Shown piece by piece: positions 1 to 8,899 of a stretch of DNA of 64,000 bases. The notes under the pieces were generated by a model. It made no database searches and was not told the DNA's origin. It saw nothing but the letters and a program-made list of their open reading frames with translations. The translations under genes and the position numbers were made by a program. This DNA comes from an uncultured delta proteobacterium (GTDB taxonomy: Bacteria > Desulfobacterota > Binatia > UBA9968): NCBI GenBank assembly GCA_963771465.1, contig CAVYTU010000015.1, positions 768,001 to 832,000 on the forward strand. Direction: 5' to 3'. How positions within the stretch are numbered: position 1 is the stretch's first letter; the number at the start of each line of letters is the position of its first letter.

Positions 1-728
1 GGGTCGAGCCTGACCGCGGGTTACGTGAAGGATTGCCCAAGATTTGGGTCGCGCTGCACGATATCACGACTTACAAAGACCGCGCCTATCTTGCCTACCG
101 CGATCAAGGCGTGATCATTTTAGACATCAGCGACATGCGTAAACCTACCATGATCAGCCAGATCAAGTGGTCGCCACCTGAGGAAGGCAACACCCATAGC
201 ATCGGCATAGTTATTCCTTCCCACGGCGGCCGACCCGATCTCATCATCGCTACCGACGAAATCAATTCCGTCAAGCAATGTCCGTTTGGTTATATGCACG
301 TCATAGATGTTCGCTATGAGAAAAATCCGGTACAGATCTCAACATTTCGCCTTCCCCTGAACAAAACATGCCCACCGGACCGTCCCGGCCGCCGTTTTGG
401 CATTCACGATATCGAGCGCATGGTGAAGGGCAATATCGTCTTCAGCGCCTGGGAAAATTCCGGTTTCTGGGCCATCGATATTTCTGATCCCTACCATCCC
501 AAGGCCGCCGGCCATTTCGTGCCGCCGGTGTTTCGCCGCGCAAATGGCGACGCCGGCCACGCCGACGATGTATTCGTCCATGAAAACGGTTTGGTCTTCG
601 CCAGCTCTTCCGATCCCGGCGGCGGATTTTGGATCATGCGACACACTCCCGGCGTCAAAGGCACGGTCGCCTGGACCGACGACAATAAAAATGTGACCGT
701 AAAGTATGACAAGCGGCCGGAGAATTAA
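1..728 (+). CDS. LVIVD-repeat beta-propeller protein, 5' end probably outside the window
   Basis: Repeated motifs AYLAYRDQGVIILDISD, GYMHVIDVR, SAWENSGFWAIDISDP; frame is open from the window edge and stops at TAA 728. Confidence 0.75.
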   Translation, partial: VEPDRGLREGLPKIWVALHDITTYKDRAYLAYRDQGVIILDISDMRKPTMISQIKWSPPEEGNTHSIGIVIPSHGGRPDLIIATDEINSVKQCPFGYMHVIDVRYEKNPVQISTFRLPLNKTCPPDRPGRRFGIHDIERMVKGNIVFSAWENSGFWAIDISDPYHPKAAGHFVPPVFRRANGDAGHADDVFVHENGLVFASSSDPGGGFWIMRHTPGVKGTVAWTDDNKNVTVKYDKRPEN

Positions 729-1136
729 TCACAAGCTCGTCATCCATCCTGTTTGTGCTCAATGTCTTTCATGCCATGGCTGCTTTTGCCGGCCACGGTG
801 TGGAAGACACCATCGATATGATTCCCGCCGAACGGGTGAAGCAGCTGTTGGATGCCGGCGAAAAGTTAGTGTTCATCGACATGCGGCCGGCCAAGGAGTA
901 CCAGCAAGACCCGCTTGCCCGGCGCGCGCTCTCTGCCGATCGCTGAAGTGGCCAACCGTTTCAGCGAAATTCCCAAGACCGGACGCGTGGTGCTTTATTG
1001 CGACTGCAAAACCTACGATATCGCCGATCGCGCCGTGTTTCTGGAATATCGCGGCTATCGCAATATTTTCGTCATGCCTGAAGGTTACTCCGGCTGGGTA
1101 AAACGCGGTTACCCGATAGAAACCGCGCGTCACTGA
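706..1136 (+). CDS. Rhodanese-like domain protein with probable signal peptide, split by 1-2 frameshifts
   Basis: ORF 755-946 (VKQLLDAGEKLVFIDMRPAKEYQQ) joins ORF 915-1136 (LPGARSLP...VVLYCDC...GYRNIFVMPEGYSGW); start at 706 is uncertain. Confidence 0.7.
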
Positions 1137-1179
1137 CATTTGGTTAATGGCTTGACGCGCGATCGCTAGCGCGAATCTC

Positions 1180-1689
1180 TCACAAGAACACGCTGATATT
1201 CTTCGCGTCGAGCACGGCCTGGTCGAGAATGATTGTGCGGCGGGCGATTTTGAAGCTGCCGCCGGAGCGCCGGAGAATATCCTGGCGTGCGCCGACAAAG
1301 ATATCTTTGTCGGTTTCCATACGAGTGCGGTAGAGGAGAAAATTGCAGTGAACTTCGATTTCGTTGCCGTCGTCCTTCTTAACCCGCACGTTGGTAATCA
1401 GGTGGCGCGTGCGCGACGGCGGCATTTCAGCCCAGGCGACTTTCGAGTACGCCCGTTCGACTCTGATTTTGAGACTCGTGATGTCATCGTCGAAATAGTA
1501 GCCTTCGCCGGGTTTGGATAATTCCTCAACCACGTCGCTCGGTCTTTCCATCGTATTGTGGCGAAGCGGCATCCAGTAGCGCACGTCTTCGGTGAGCAAG
1601 TTGAACCACTCGCGCAACTTGCGCTCGTCCAAGAGCTCGGCTTCGAGATAATAGAAATCTTCGATCTGGCGACGCAGCTCGCTAGCCAT
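1180..1689 (-). CDS. Aromatic ring-hydroxylating dioxygenase beta subunit
   Basis: FYYLEAELLDERKLREW, WAEMPPSRTRHLITNV, KIARRTIILDQAVLDAKN; overlaps the alpha-subunit stop. Confidence 0.92.
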   Translation of the reverse strand: MASELRRQIEDFYYLEAELLDERKLREWFNLLTEDVRYWMPLRHNTMERPSDVVEELSKPGEGYYFDDDITSLKIRVERAYSKVAWAEMPPSRTRHLITNVRVKKDDGNEIEVHCNFLLYRTRMETDKDIFVGARQDILRRSGGSFKIARRTIILDQAVLDAKNISVFL

Positions 1690-2965
1690 TTTGCCCGCTC
1701 GTGATTTCGCCCCAGTTTTTCGCTTCGAGCATTTTCGCCCAGTGCATATAAAGGCTCAATTGGTTGTTGTCGCTGAAGCGGCTCTTTACCGTTCCGGGTA
1801 GTTCGAGTTCGATGGGCGGCTCGTTGCCGCTCATTTGATAATTCGCCGGAAAGCGCTGGCCGATTAAACTACGCGCCGCGCCGGTGACTTGAATCCAGTT
1901 GTCCATGTCGTCCTGCTCGAACACGCCGCTCGGACTGAAACGATACTGCGAGACAAAACGCATCACGTCTTTGATCTTCGGCGGCGCCGCTTTATCGACG
2001 ATCGCCCAACTCCAAATCTCCATCTTGTCCGGACCGCGCGGCTGCCAGACTCGGATCGTCCGTGTGAGCCAATGCACCGACAAGTTCGGAAATACGGTGC
2101 CAGCCGAGGGTGAGATTTTTCGCGCACGCAAAGGCCCGAGCCGATCTTCGATCTCGGCGGCGTGTTCTTTCATGTAGTCGGCCAGTTGATCGTCTGGTTG
2201 CGCAAACCACGGGCCACCGTCCGGCGGCGTGAGCCAGGAGACGAGAATGTGGCCATTGTCGCAGGCGATCTGGCAGCCTTGGTTCCATTGTCGCGTCTGA
2301 CTTGTCGTCGTATCGATGCCGAGCTCGCGTGCCGAGCCGTGCGTCGAAGCGATATGATAACCGTCGCCGCCGAAATTTTCCGCGGCGGTTTTCCAGTTGG
2401 CATCCACGATCCAGCGGTGCGGCCCGCTAACTTCCGTTCCCCCTTCTCTGCGGTCGAGCAGAATATCGAGATACCAAGCCATATCGCCGAGATAATCCCG
2501 CAGCGCCGGCGCCTCGGCATCGAAGGTCGCGAAGATCAGTCCTTGGTAACTGTCGATCTGCGCGGCGGGAATCAAGCCCCACTGCGAGCGATCGAGATTG
2601 CCAAAGGCCTCGACCATCGGCACCAACGCCAGCTTGCCATCCGTCGTGTAAGACCAACCGTGGTAGGAGCACTGAAACAATTTGGTGTTGCCGCGGTCGG
2701 CGCGACATACCCGATTGCCGCGATGGCGGCACATGTTTAAGTGTGCGCGCAACTGACCGTTCAAATCGCGCGCCAAAATCACCGGATCCTCGCCCATGTA
2801 GCGGGTGACGAAATCGCCGGGCTTCGGAATCTCGCATTCGTGGCCAAGATATAGCCAGCAGCGCGCGAAGATGCGCTCGCGTTCGAGCTGATAGATCTCC
2901 CGATCGGCAAAAATCCTGCGATCGATGAGACCGCCTTCCGGGTCGACAAGTGATTTGATGTTCAT
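1682..2965 (-). CDS. Rieske ring-hydroxylating dioxygenase alpha subunit
   Basis: Rieske ligands CRHRG and CSYHGW; mononuclear Fe motif NWKTAAENFGGDGYHIASTH and EQDD; likely start MNIKSL at 2965 with GAGG upstream. Confidence 0.93.
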   Translation of the reverse strand: MNIKSLVDPEGGLIDRRIFADREIYQLERERIFARCWLYLGHECEIPKPGDFVTRYMGEDPVILARDLNGQLRAHLNMCRHRGNRVCRADRGNTKLFQCSYHGWSYTTDGKLALVPMVEAFGNLDRSQWGLIPAAQIDSYQGLIFATFDAEAPALRDYLGDMAWYLDILLDRREGGTEVSGPHRWIVDANWKTAAENFGGDGYHIASTHGSARELGIDTTTSQTRQWNQGCQIACDNGHILVSWLTPPDGGPWFAQPDDQLADYMKEHAAEIEDRLGPLRARKISPSAGTVFPNLSVHWLTRTIRVWQPRGPDKMEIWSWAIVDKAAPPKIKDVMRFVSQYRFSPSGVFEQDDMDNWIQVTGAARSLIGQRFPANYQMSGNEPPIELELPGTVKSRFSDNNQLSLYMHWAKMLEAKNWGEITSGQNG

Positions 2966-3118
2966 TTCGGCACCTCGCTTACGCCGGGAGCCTGCTCGGT
3001 GATAATAACTGAGCCGCCATTCTGTCAAGCCAGTGTCCAATTACCAAGCGAATTCGCCAAAAATAACTTTGCCGCACCGGCTCGGCTGATGCTATAAACG
3101 AAAGAAAGGAGAACTACC

Positions 3119-4651
3119 ATGGGCGCACATCCAACGAACACCAGCCGGCGGCGATTTCTGCAACGGAGCGCGACCCTCGGACTCGGCGCGATGTTCGCGC
3201 CTGCCATCGAGCGAACCGCACTCGCCGCATCTAAAGACCGCGTCGTAATCTTTCAGGGCGTCGGCCTGGATTCGCTCCATCCCTACGGCTATAGCGGTGG
3301 CGGCATAAGCAACCTCTGGCAGCACCTGATCGAGCCGCTGGTCGCTATGGACCATCGCCGCAAAGAATATGTCGGCGTGCTCGCCGAGTCATGGGAGTTT
3401 CAAGGGAGAAAATGGGTTTTCAAGCTCAAGAAAAACATCCGCTTTCATAACGGCGCGCCGTTCACCGCCAAAGACGTGGCCTATTCCATCGAGCGCATGA
3501 AAACCGACAAGCGCAGTCTTCAAGGCGGCGACATCGCGGACTTAGAAGTAGAAACCCCCGATGACTTTACCGTCGTCTGCACCACAAAGAATCCTCACGC
3601 GCTGCTGCTCGACCGACTCGATACCCGTTACATCATCAGCAAAGCCGCCGCCGAAAAATACGGCGACCAAGCCGACACCTACGCCATCGGCACCGGCCCG
3701 TATAAGTTTGTTTCTTGGCAGCGCGGCGGCAATCTAGTCTTGGCGCGCAACGACGACTATTGGGGCGCCAAAGCGGAAGTTAAGGAAGTTATCTTGAAGG
3801 GCGTAAAGGAAGAATCGGCGCGCGTCGCCGGCTTGCTTTCCGGCCAGGCCGACGTGGTCAGCAATCTGCCCATAGAAGAAATCGACCGCGTGGCGAAACA
3901 TCCGCGCGCGCGGGTCGAAAAGGTTCCCGGCTTTCGCATGTATTTCCTGGTGATGAATGTGACGTTCAAGCCCTTCGACAACAAGCTCGTGCGCCAAGCG
4001 ATCAGTCACGCCGTCGATCCGGCGATGCTAATCAAACATATCTTTGCCGGCAACGGCGAAGTCCTCAACGGTCCAGTGGCCTCGAACATGATCGGCTTTG
4101 ACCCAGCCGCCAAGCGCTATCCATACGATCCGAAAAAAGCGCGTGAACTACTCGCCAAGGCAGGCTACCCCAACGGCCTAGAGCTCAAGCTTCATTTCTC
4201 GCCCGACCGTCATCTCAAGGGTCGAGAAGTTTGTGAGGTCATCGCCAATCAACTGGGGAAAGCTGGCGTTAACGTCGAATTAGTCGGCCAAGAGTACGCC
4301 GTCTACTGGGGCAAAGATGGCGTCAACGGCGGCAAGCTGCCCTTTTACTACGCGGGCCGCACCGCGCCCGACGCCGATACTCTTTACGATCAATACTTTC
4401 ACACCGGCGTCACCAAGCGTGTCGGTTATAGCAACCCGGAAGTTGACAAGCTCATTGAAGAGCAACAGCGCATCGCGGATCAGAAAAAGCGTGTGACCAT
4501 CTTGCAGCAAGCCGGACGCATACTCATGGATGACGCGGCCTTCGTGCCGCTCTATACACTCTCGGAGATTTACGGCGTAGCGAAAAACGTTAACTGGAAA
4601 GGCACACCGGACAACCGCATACTCGCGGCGGAGATGAAGATCAGGGGTTAA
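3119..4651 (+). CDS. ABC substrate-binding protein, peptide/nickel family (SBP_bac_5), Tat signal
   Basis: SRRRFLQ twin-arginine signal; FHNGAPFTAKDV, IGTGPYKF, PFDNKLVRQAI, YDPKKARELL; RBS AGGAG. Confidence 0.9.
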   Translation: MGAHPTNTSRRRFLQRSATLGLGAMFAPAIERTALAASKDRVVIFQGVGLDSLHPYGYSGGGISNLWQHLIEPLVAMDHRRKEYVGVLAESWEFQGRKWVFKLKKNIRFHNGAPFTAKDVAYSIERMKTDKRSLQGGDIADLEVETPDDFTVVCTTKNPHALLLDRLDTRYIISKAAAEKYGDQADTYAIGTGPYKFVSWQRGGNLVLARNDDYWGAKAEVKEVILKGVKEESARVAGLLSGQADVVSNLPIEEIDRVAKHPRARVEKVPGFRMYFLVMNVTFKPFDNKLVRQAISHAVDPAMLIKHIFAGNGEVLNGPVASNMIGFDPAAKRYPYDPKKARELLAKAGYPNGLELKLHFSPDRHLKGREVCEVIANQLGKAGVNVELVGQEYAVYWGKDGVNGGKLPFYYAGRTAPDADTLYDQYFHTGVTKRVGYSNPEVDKLIEEQQRIADQKKRVTILQQAGRILMDDAAFVPLYTLSEIYGVAKNVNWKGTPDNRILAAEMKIRG

Positions 4652-4678
4652 TCGGAAGGCATCTGTCTGAGCAAAAAT

Positions 4679-4927
4679 TTATAAAATAATCTCCATGTCC
4701 CGGCGGCTCTTTCGTATTTGGGCCGAGTGCGGTTGATGACCAGCGCCATCAAGCCTCCAAGTACAAGCGACTATCAATAACCAGGCACCTCCCGATAGAG
4801 TAGGTAAAACACCAGACGTTGCGACCCCGGCACCAAGCAGGCCAAAAATCACGACCGTCAGCGTGTAGATCGACCAGCTAATACAACGATCTGGAAATTC
4901 AGGTATATCTAGATTTTCAGCGGGCAT
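4679..4927 (-). CDS. Possible small membrane protein (uncertain)
   Basis: 82-aa ORF 11 bp downstream of the SMP-30 stop, with hydrophobic stretches and no recognisable motif. Confidence 0.2.
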   Translation of the reverse strand: MPAENLDIPEFPDRCISWSIYTLTVVIFGLLGAGVATSGVLPTLSGGAWLLIVACTWRLDGAGHQPHSAQIRKSRRDMEIIL

Positions 4928-4938
4928 AACGAGCCGAG

Positions 4939-7389
4939 CTATTGGTTCATCGGAGACAAGCGGAACGCTCCAATCCCCGGTGTTTTGACCCCGAGTTTGC
5001 AGAGTGAACCTCGCGGGGTGAGATATAGCGTGCGAAAGTCCGGTCCGCCAAAAGCGAGGTTGCGAACTACGTCCGGCATCGAAGCGATGCCGATTACCTC
5101 ACCGGATGGAGCGATAACCCAAATGCCGCCGGAGCCGACGCAAAACACTCGACCCTCGGTATCGACTTTGATGCCGTCGGGGACGCCGGGATCCGCCGAA
5201 GACATATTACAGAACACACGGTTGTTGCTTAGGGTCCCATCCGCGGCCACGTCAAAAGCTCGGATGCGCCGATGTGTACAAACCTCACCACGCTCCGCCT
5301 CCTGGAAGCAGCGCTCGTCCAGCCGGCTAATCGCTACGTACAGAATCGACTCGTCGGGCGAGAACGCCAGCCCATTGGGGTATTCACACTCATCGGTGGC
5401 CAGGTGCACGCGCCCCGCTGGATCGATGCGAAATACACCGGAAAATCCGATCTCCCGCAGTTCTGCTGAAACGCGCAGCCCGGGGTCAGTGAAATAGATG
5501 CTGCCGTCGGAACGGCACACCACGTCATTGGGCTTATTGAATCGCTTACCTTGCCAACGCTCGGCAATGGCCGTGACGGCGCCATGTTCGTCCATGCGGG
5601 TAATGCGCCGGTGATCGGCGCCTTCGCACATGATCAGACGGCCGTAGCGATCCAGAGTGCACCCATTACCCTCTCCGGTATTCTCCCGCACTACCGTTAC
5701 CGAACCGTTCGAGTCCCAACGCAAAAGCCGGTTCCCCTCCAGATCCACAAAGGTAACATACCCTTCCGCATGCCAGAGGGGTCCTTCGGCGCGGCCCCAG
5801 CCAGATGTGAGCAAATTGGGCTCAGTGGATTCGAATATATCCGACAGACTTTCCGGCATCCTGCGCCTCCTCAGATTCCGACCTATACTAATTTCTTCTT
5901 GTCGCCGTGGGTGGGAGTGTAGGTATTCCTGGAGCGCGCGCCCCAAGGTCGCCGCGTGAATTCCATTTTCTTGGAAATTGTCGGTAACATGCTGAAACGC
6001 CCATAGCGCCGCATCACGATAGATCTCTTCACCGGTCGCCCCGGCAAGCGCGAGGAAGAATGAAGCGGCAGCACCGTTTTGTTCGATCAAAGTTAAACGA
6101 AGCTTGAGCGAAGCCGAATCCTGCGCACGAATATCGTAGAAACCGCCGGCGGGATTTTTCAGTTCTGCTAAAATGAACGCCGCCATCTGCTGCGCGCGAT
6201 CTAAATACATACCATCGCCGGTTGCGTCGTGAGCACGAACAAGCGCCATGCCCATCTGCGCTTGATCCTGAAGTAGGCCCGGCACATGCGGCGCGCCGTC
6301 GAAGTAGTGAGACATCCCGCCGCTGTCGCTGCGGCAATGCTGCCAGAGAAATTCCAGCGCGATCAGCGCCCGTTCGCGATAAGCCGGCTTTTTTAAAAGC
6401 TCCGCGGCATCGAGATACGCCGCGCTGACGATCGCATTGGCATCGGTGTATAAGCAACGGTCGATTATGGTAAAAAATTCTCCGCCTGCGGCAACCGGAT
6501 TTTCATTGCGGAGAAAATCTTCGCAACCGAAAAATGCGCCGCTCGCTGGATCCAAGAGCTTGGCATCCAAGTACTGAATGATCTCTTCGGCCATGCGGCG
6601 AAACTGCTCCCGGCGCGTGACACGATAGACCGCCAGACAATTCGCCAGCAGGCCGGCCTGTTCCATAAGCAATTTTTCCCGATGCGGATGGCTCCAGTCA
6701 GCATTGGAAGAAGTTCGAAAATAAGCGCCGCCTTCATGATCGTAAATCTCTCCGGCGCGCATGCGGCCGAGAGTGAGACAGACTTGATCGAGATATCGCT
6801 CATCTTTGGTGGCCTCGTAACGCTCCAGCAGAAAATCATTGACCGTCGGATGAATGAATTTCTGGACGCGATCGTAACCGCCGTTAACCCGATCGGCGAG
6901 TTTCATGATCGTCTCGGCAATTTCGTCAAGCGCGGCCAGATTGATCCCAACCGCCGGTTCTGCGCTAACGGCGGTCGACACCGGCGCCGATTCTTGCGCC
7001 GTTGTGGGCTTCTGCTGATAGGCGAGATAAACGCGAAAGAGAATGTCCTGGAACTCGGCCGGCGGCAGATAGTTGACGACGCTCAAAAGTTCGCCCTCCG
7101 GCGTCATGAACGCAATCGTCGGCCAGCCGTGGAAGTTATAGCGGGCGTCGACGTCGGGCCGTTGGGCGTTCTCAACCCGCAGTGAAATGAAGTAGGCATT
7201 GAGCAGCGCGATATTTTCCGTATCGGAAAACGCCTCTTCGTCCATGCGCTGGCAGTAACGGCACCAAAACGCCGCGAGAAAAAGCATCACCGGCTTGTTC
7301 TCGGCGCGCGCGGCGCGAAACGCCTCATCGCTCCATTCCTGCCACGGAATCACATGCGCGCGGTTCGGATTGGGTGAGAAACGAAGCAT
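4939..7389 (-). CDS. DUF255/YyaL thioredoxin-like + six-hairpin domain protein in frame with an SMP-30/gluconolactonase domain (internal start at 5859)
   Basis: N-half IPWQEWSDEAFRAARAENKPV..WCRYCQRMD, HREKLL; C-half EGPLW, NKPNDVV, PNGLAFSPD, PDGIKVD; GAGGAGG 7 nt before ATG 5859. Confidence 0.85.
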   Translation of the reverse strand: MLRFSPNPNRAHVIPWQEWSDEAFRAARAENKPVMLFLAAFWCRYCQRMDEEAFSDTENIALLNAYFISLRVENAQRPDVDARYNFHGWPTIAFMTPEGELLSVVNYLPPAEFQDILFRVYLAYQQKPTTAQESAPVSTAVSAEPAVGINLAALDEIAETIMKLADRVNGGYDRVQKFIHPTVNDFLLERYEATKDERYLDQVCLTLGRMRAGEIYDHEGGAYFRTSSNADWSHPHREKLLMEQAGLLANCLAVYRVTRREQFRRMAEEIIQYLDAKLLDPASGAFFGCEDFLRNENPVAAGGEFFTIIDRCLYTDANAIVSAAYLDAAELLKKPAYRERALIALEFLWQHCRSDSGGMSHYFDGAPHVPGLLQDQAQMGMALVRAHDATGDGMYLDRAQQMAAFILAELKNPAGGFYDIRAQDSASLKLRLTLIEQNGAAASFFLALAGATGEEIYRDAALWAFQHVTDNFQENGIHAATLGRALQEYLHSHPRRQEEISIGRNLRRRRMPESLSDIFESTEPNLLTSGWGRAEGPLWHAEGYVTFVDLEGNRLLRWDSNGSVTVVRENTGEGNGCTLDRYGRLIMCEGADHRRITRMDEHGAVTAIAERWQGKRFNKPNDVVCRSDGSIYFTDPGLRVSAELREIGFSGVFRIDPAGRVHLATDECEYPNGLAFSPDESILYVAISRLDERCFQEAERGEVCTHRRIRAFDVAADGTLSNNRVFCNMSSADPGVPDGIKVDTEGRVFCVGSGGIWVIAPSGEVIGIASMPDVVRNLAFGGPDFRTLYLTPRGSLCKLGVKTPGIGAFRLSPMNQ

Positions 7390-7472
7390 AAATTCGCCTT
7401 CTTCAGGATAGCTTTAATCAGTCCATATCATCGATTCCCGCGCCGCTGAAGCGGTCAGTCCAATCGATTGCG

Positions 7473-7502
7473 TTGACAAGCGTAGCCACCAAGAATTAGA
7501 TT
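7473..7502 (+). promoter_or_regulatory. Candidate sigma70 promoter for the grdE/grdB-like operon
   Basis: TTGACA (7473-7478), 18-nt spacer, TAGATT (7497-7502), 24 nt before the ATG. Confidence 0.45.
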
Positions 7503-7526
7503 GGTTCAACTGAAAGCGAAGCCGTT

Positions 7527-8807
7527 ATGCAACTAACTCTCGCGCGACATCCAATCACAGACATCCGCTTCGGCACATCGACCTGCCTCGACGGCAGCGT
7601 GCTCGTCGTCGATGAAAAAGCTCTACGTGAGATCGTGCTTCAAGATGCGTCGCTGGCCGGAGTCGATTTCGCCATCGCCCGACCGGGGGAGAGTTGCCGC
7701 GCTGGACCGATCTTCGACGTCGTCGAGCCGCGCGCGAAGGAACCGGGAATAGGATCAGACTTTCCCGGCATAATCGGCGCGCCGACGACCGCCGGGATCG
7801 GCACGACTCACGTGCTTACCGGCGCAGCGGTTTCGGTCCTGGGGGAGATGAGGCCGGACCCAACCCGCCCGGCCACCGGGCGTCTACTGGAAATGTCCGG
7901 TCGCGCCACCGAGGGCAGCCATTATTCGACGCTGCAGCATCTAGTAGTTTTACCGCACACGAAGCCGGGCCTCGCGCGCCAAGCGATTTTGAAAGCTTAC
8001 CGTATCGCCGGCGTTAGAGCTGCGATTTATCTCGCCCAAGCGGCGCTCGACCACACGCCTCAGTCGCTGCATACTTTCGATCCCATCGGGCCGTTGGAGC
8101 CGGGACGAGAAGGATTACCGCGGGTCGCTTACATCGGCCAGATCTTTTCGCGTCAACGCCGGCCCGCGGTTGACGAACCTATCCTCTACGGGACAAATAC
8201 CGAAGGCATGCTGCCGCTGTTGCTCCATCCCGACGAATGGCTCGATGGCGCGCTGTTGCCGTCGCTCAGTTCATGGTTTGGCGGCACCGAGACCTATTTT
8301 TATCAGAATCATCCGGTCGTTCTCGAACTGTACCAACGTCATCACGCGCGGGAAATAAATTTCGTCGGCACGGTGGCGACCGTCGCCGGCTCGGAACACT
8401 TCGACCGCCAGCGTCAATGCCACGCGGCGGCAAGTCTGGTTAAATGGACTTTGAACGCCGACGGCGCGGTGCTGACAAAATACGGCGGCGGCTTGCCTCA
8501 CACCGACTTGGCTGAAACCGCGCGGCTCTTGGAAACCATGGGTGTAAAAACTTCTGTATTGGTTACCGACGCGGCGCGCGACCGCAGAGTCGAGTCTGCG
8601 CTGTTGTTCAACGTCCCCGAAGTCAACGCGATCGTTTATAACGGCGGCCACGGCACCGAATATGAGATTCCTAAAGTCGATCGAGTCATCACATCGTCCC
8701 CAGAATTAATTGAATTGCTGGCTGGACCGCTGAATGTCCGTGCATCGGAAATACTCGGCGTCACCAATCAACAAGGCGCATCGCGTATGAGATCGTTGGT
8801 ATATTGA
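7527..8807 (+). CDS. Glycine/sarcosine/betaine reductase component B subunit (GrdE/GrdI-like)
   Basis: IARPGESCRAGPIFDVVEPRAK, G(T)THVLTG, LHPDEWLDGA, TYFYQNHPVV, ADGAVLTKYGGG; adjacent to a GrdB homolog. Confidence 0.85.
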   Translation: MQLTLARHPITDIRFGTSTCLDGSVLVVDEKALREIVLQDASLAGVDFAIARPGESCRAGPIFDVVEPRAKEPGIGSDFPGIIGAPTTAGIGTTHVLTGAAVSVLGEMRPDPTRPATGRLLEMSGRATEGSHYSTLQHLVVLPHTKPGLARQAILKAYRIAGVRAAIYLAQAALDHTPQSLHTFDPIGPLEPGREGLPRVAYIGQIFSRQRRPAVDEPILYGTNTEGMLPLLLHPDEWLDGALLPSLSSWFGGTETYFYQNHPVVLELYQRHHAREINFVGTVATVAGSEHFDRQRQCHAAASLVKWTLNADGAVLTKYGGGLPHTDLAETARLLETMGVKTSVLVTDAARDRRVESALLFNVPEVNAIVYNGGHGTEYEIPKVDRVITSSPELIELLAGPLNVRASEILGVTNQQGASRMRSLVY

Positions 8808-8814
8808 GACGGCG

Positions 8815-8883
8815 TTGAGGCGGTAGGCATGAGGCGTGAGTAAGAATCCGAACTCATGCCTCGTGCCTCAAGCCTCATGCCTA
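8815..8883. repeat. Intergenic imperfect palindrome built from 7-mer units
   Basis: TAGGCATGAGGCGTGAG (8824-8840) pairs with CTCAAGCCTCATGCCTA (8867-8883), 1 mismatch. Confidence 0.75.
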
Positions 8884-8899
8884 TTCGAAGGAGTTTAGC

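Noticed and set aside
990-1010. Rhodanese CxC motif as another Sec site
   Set aside because: Codons are TGC GAC TGC; no UGA
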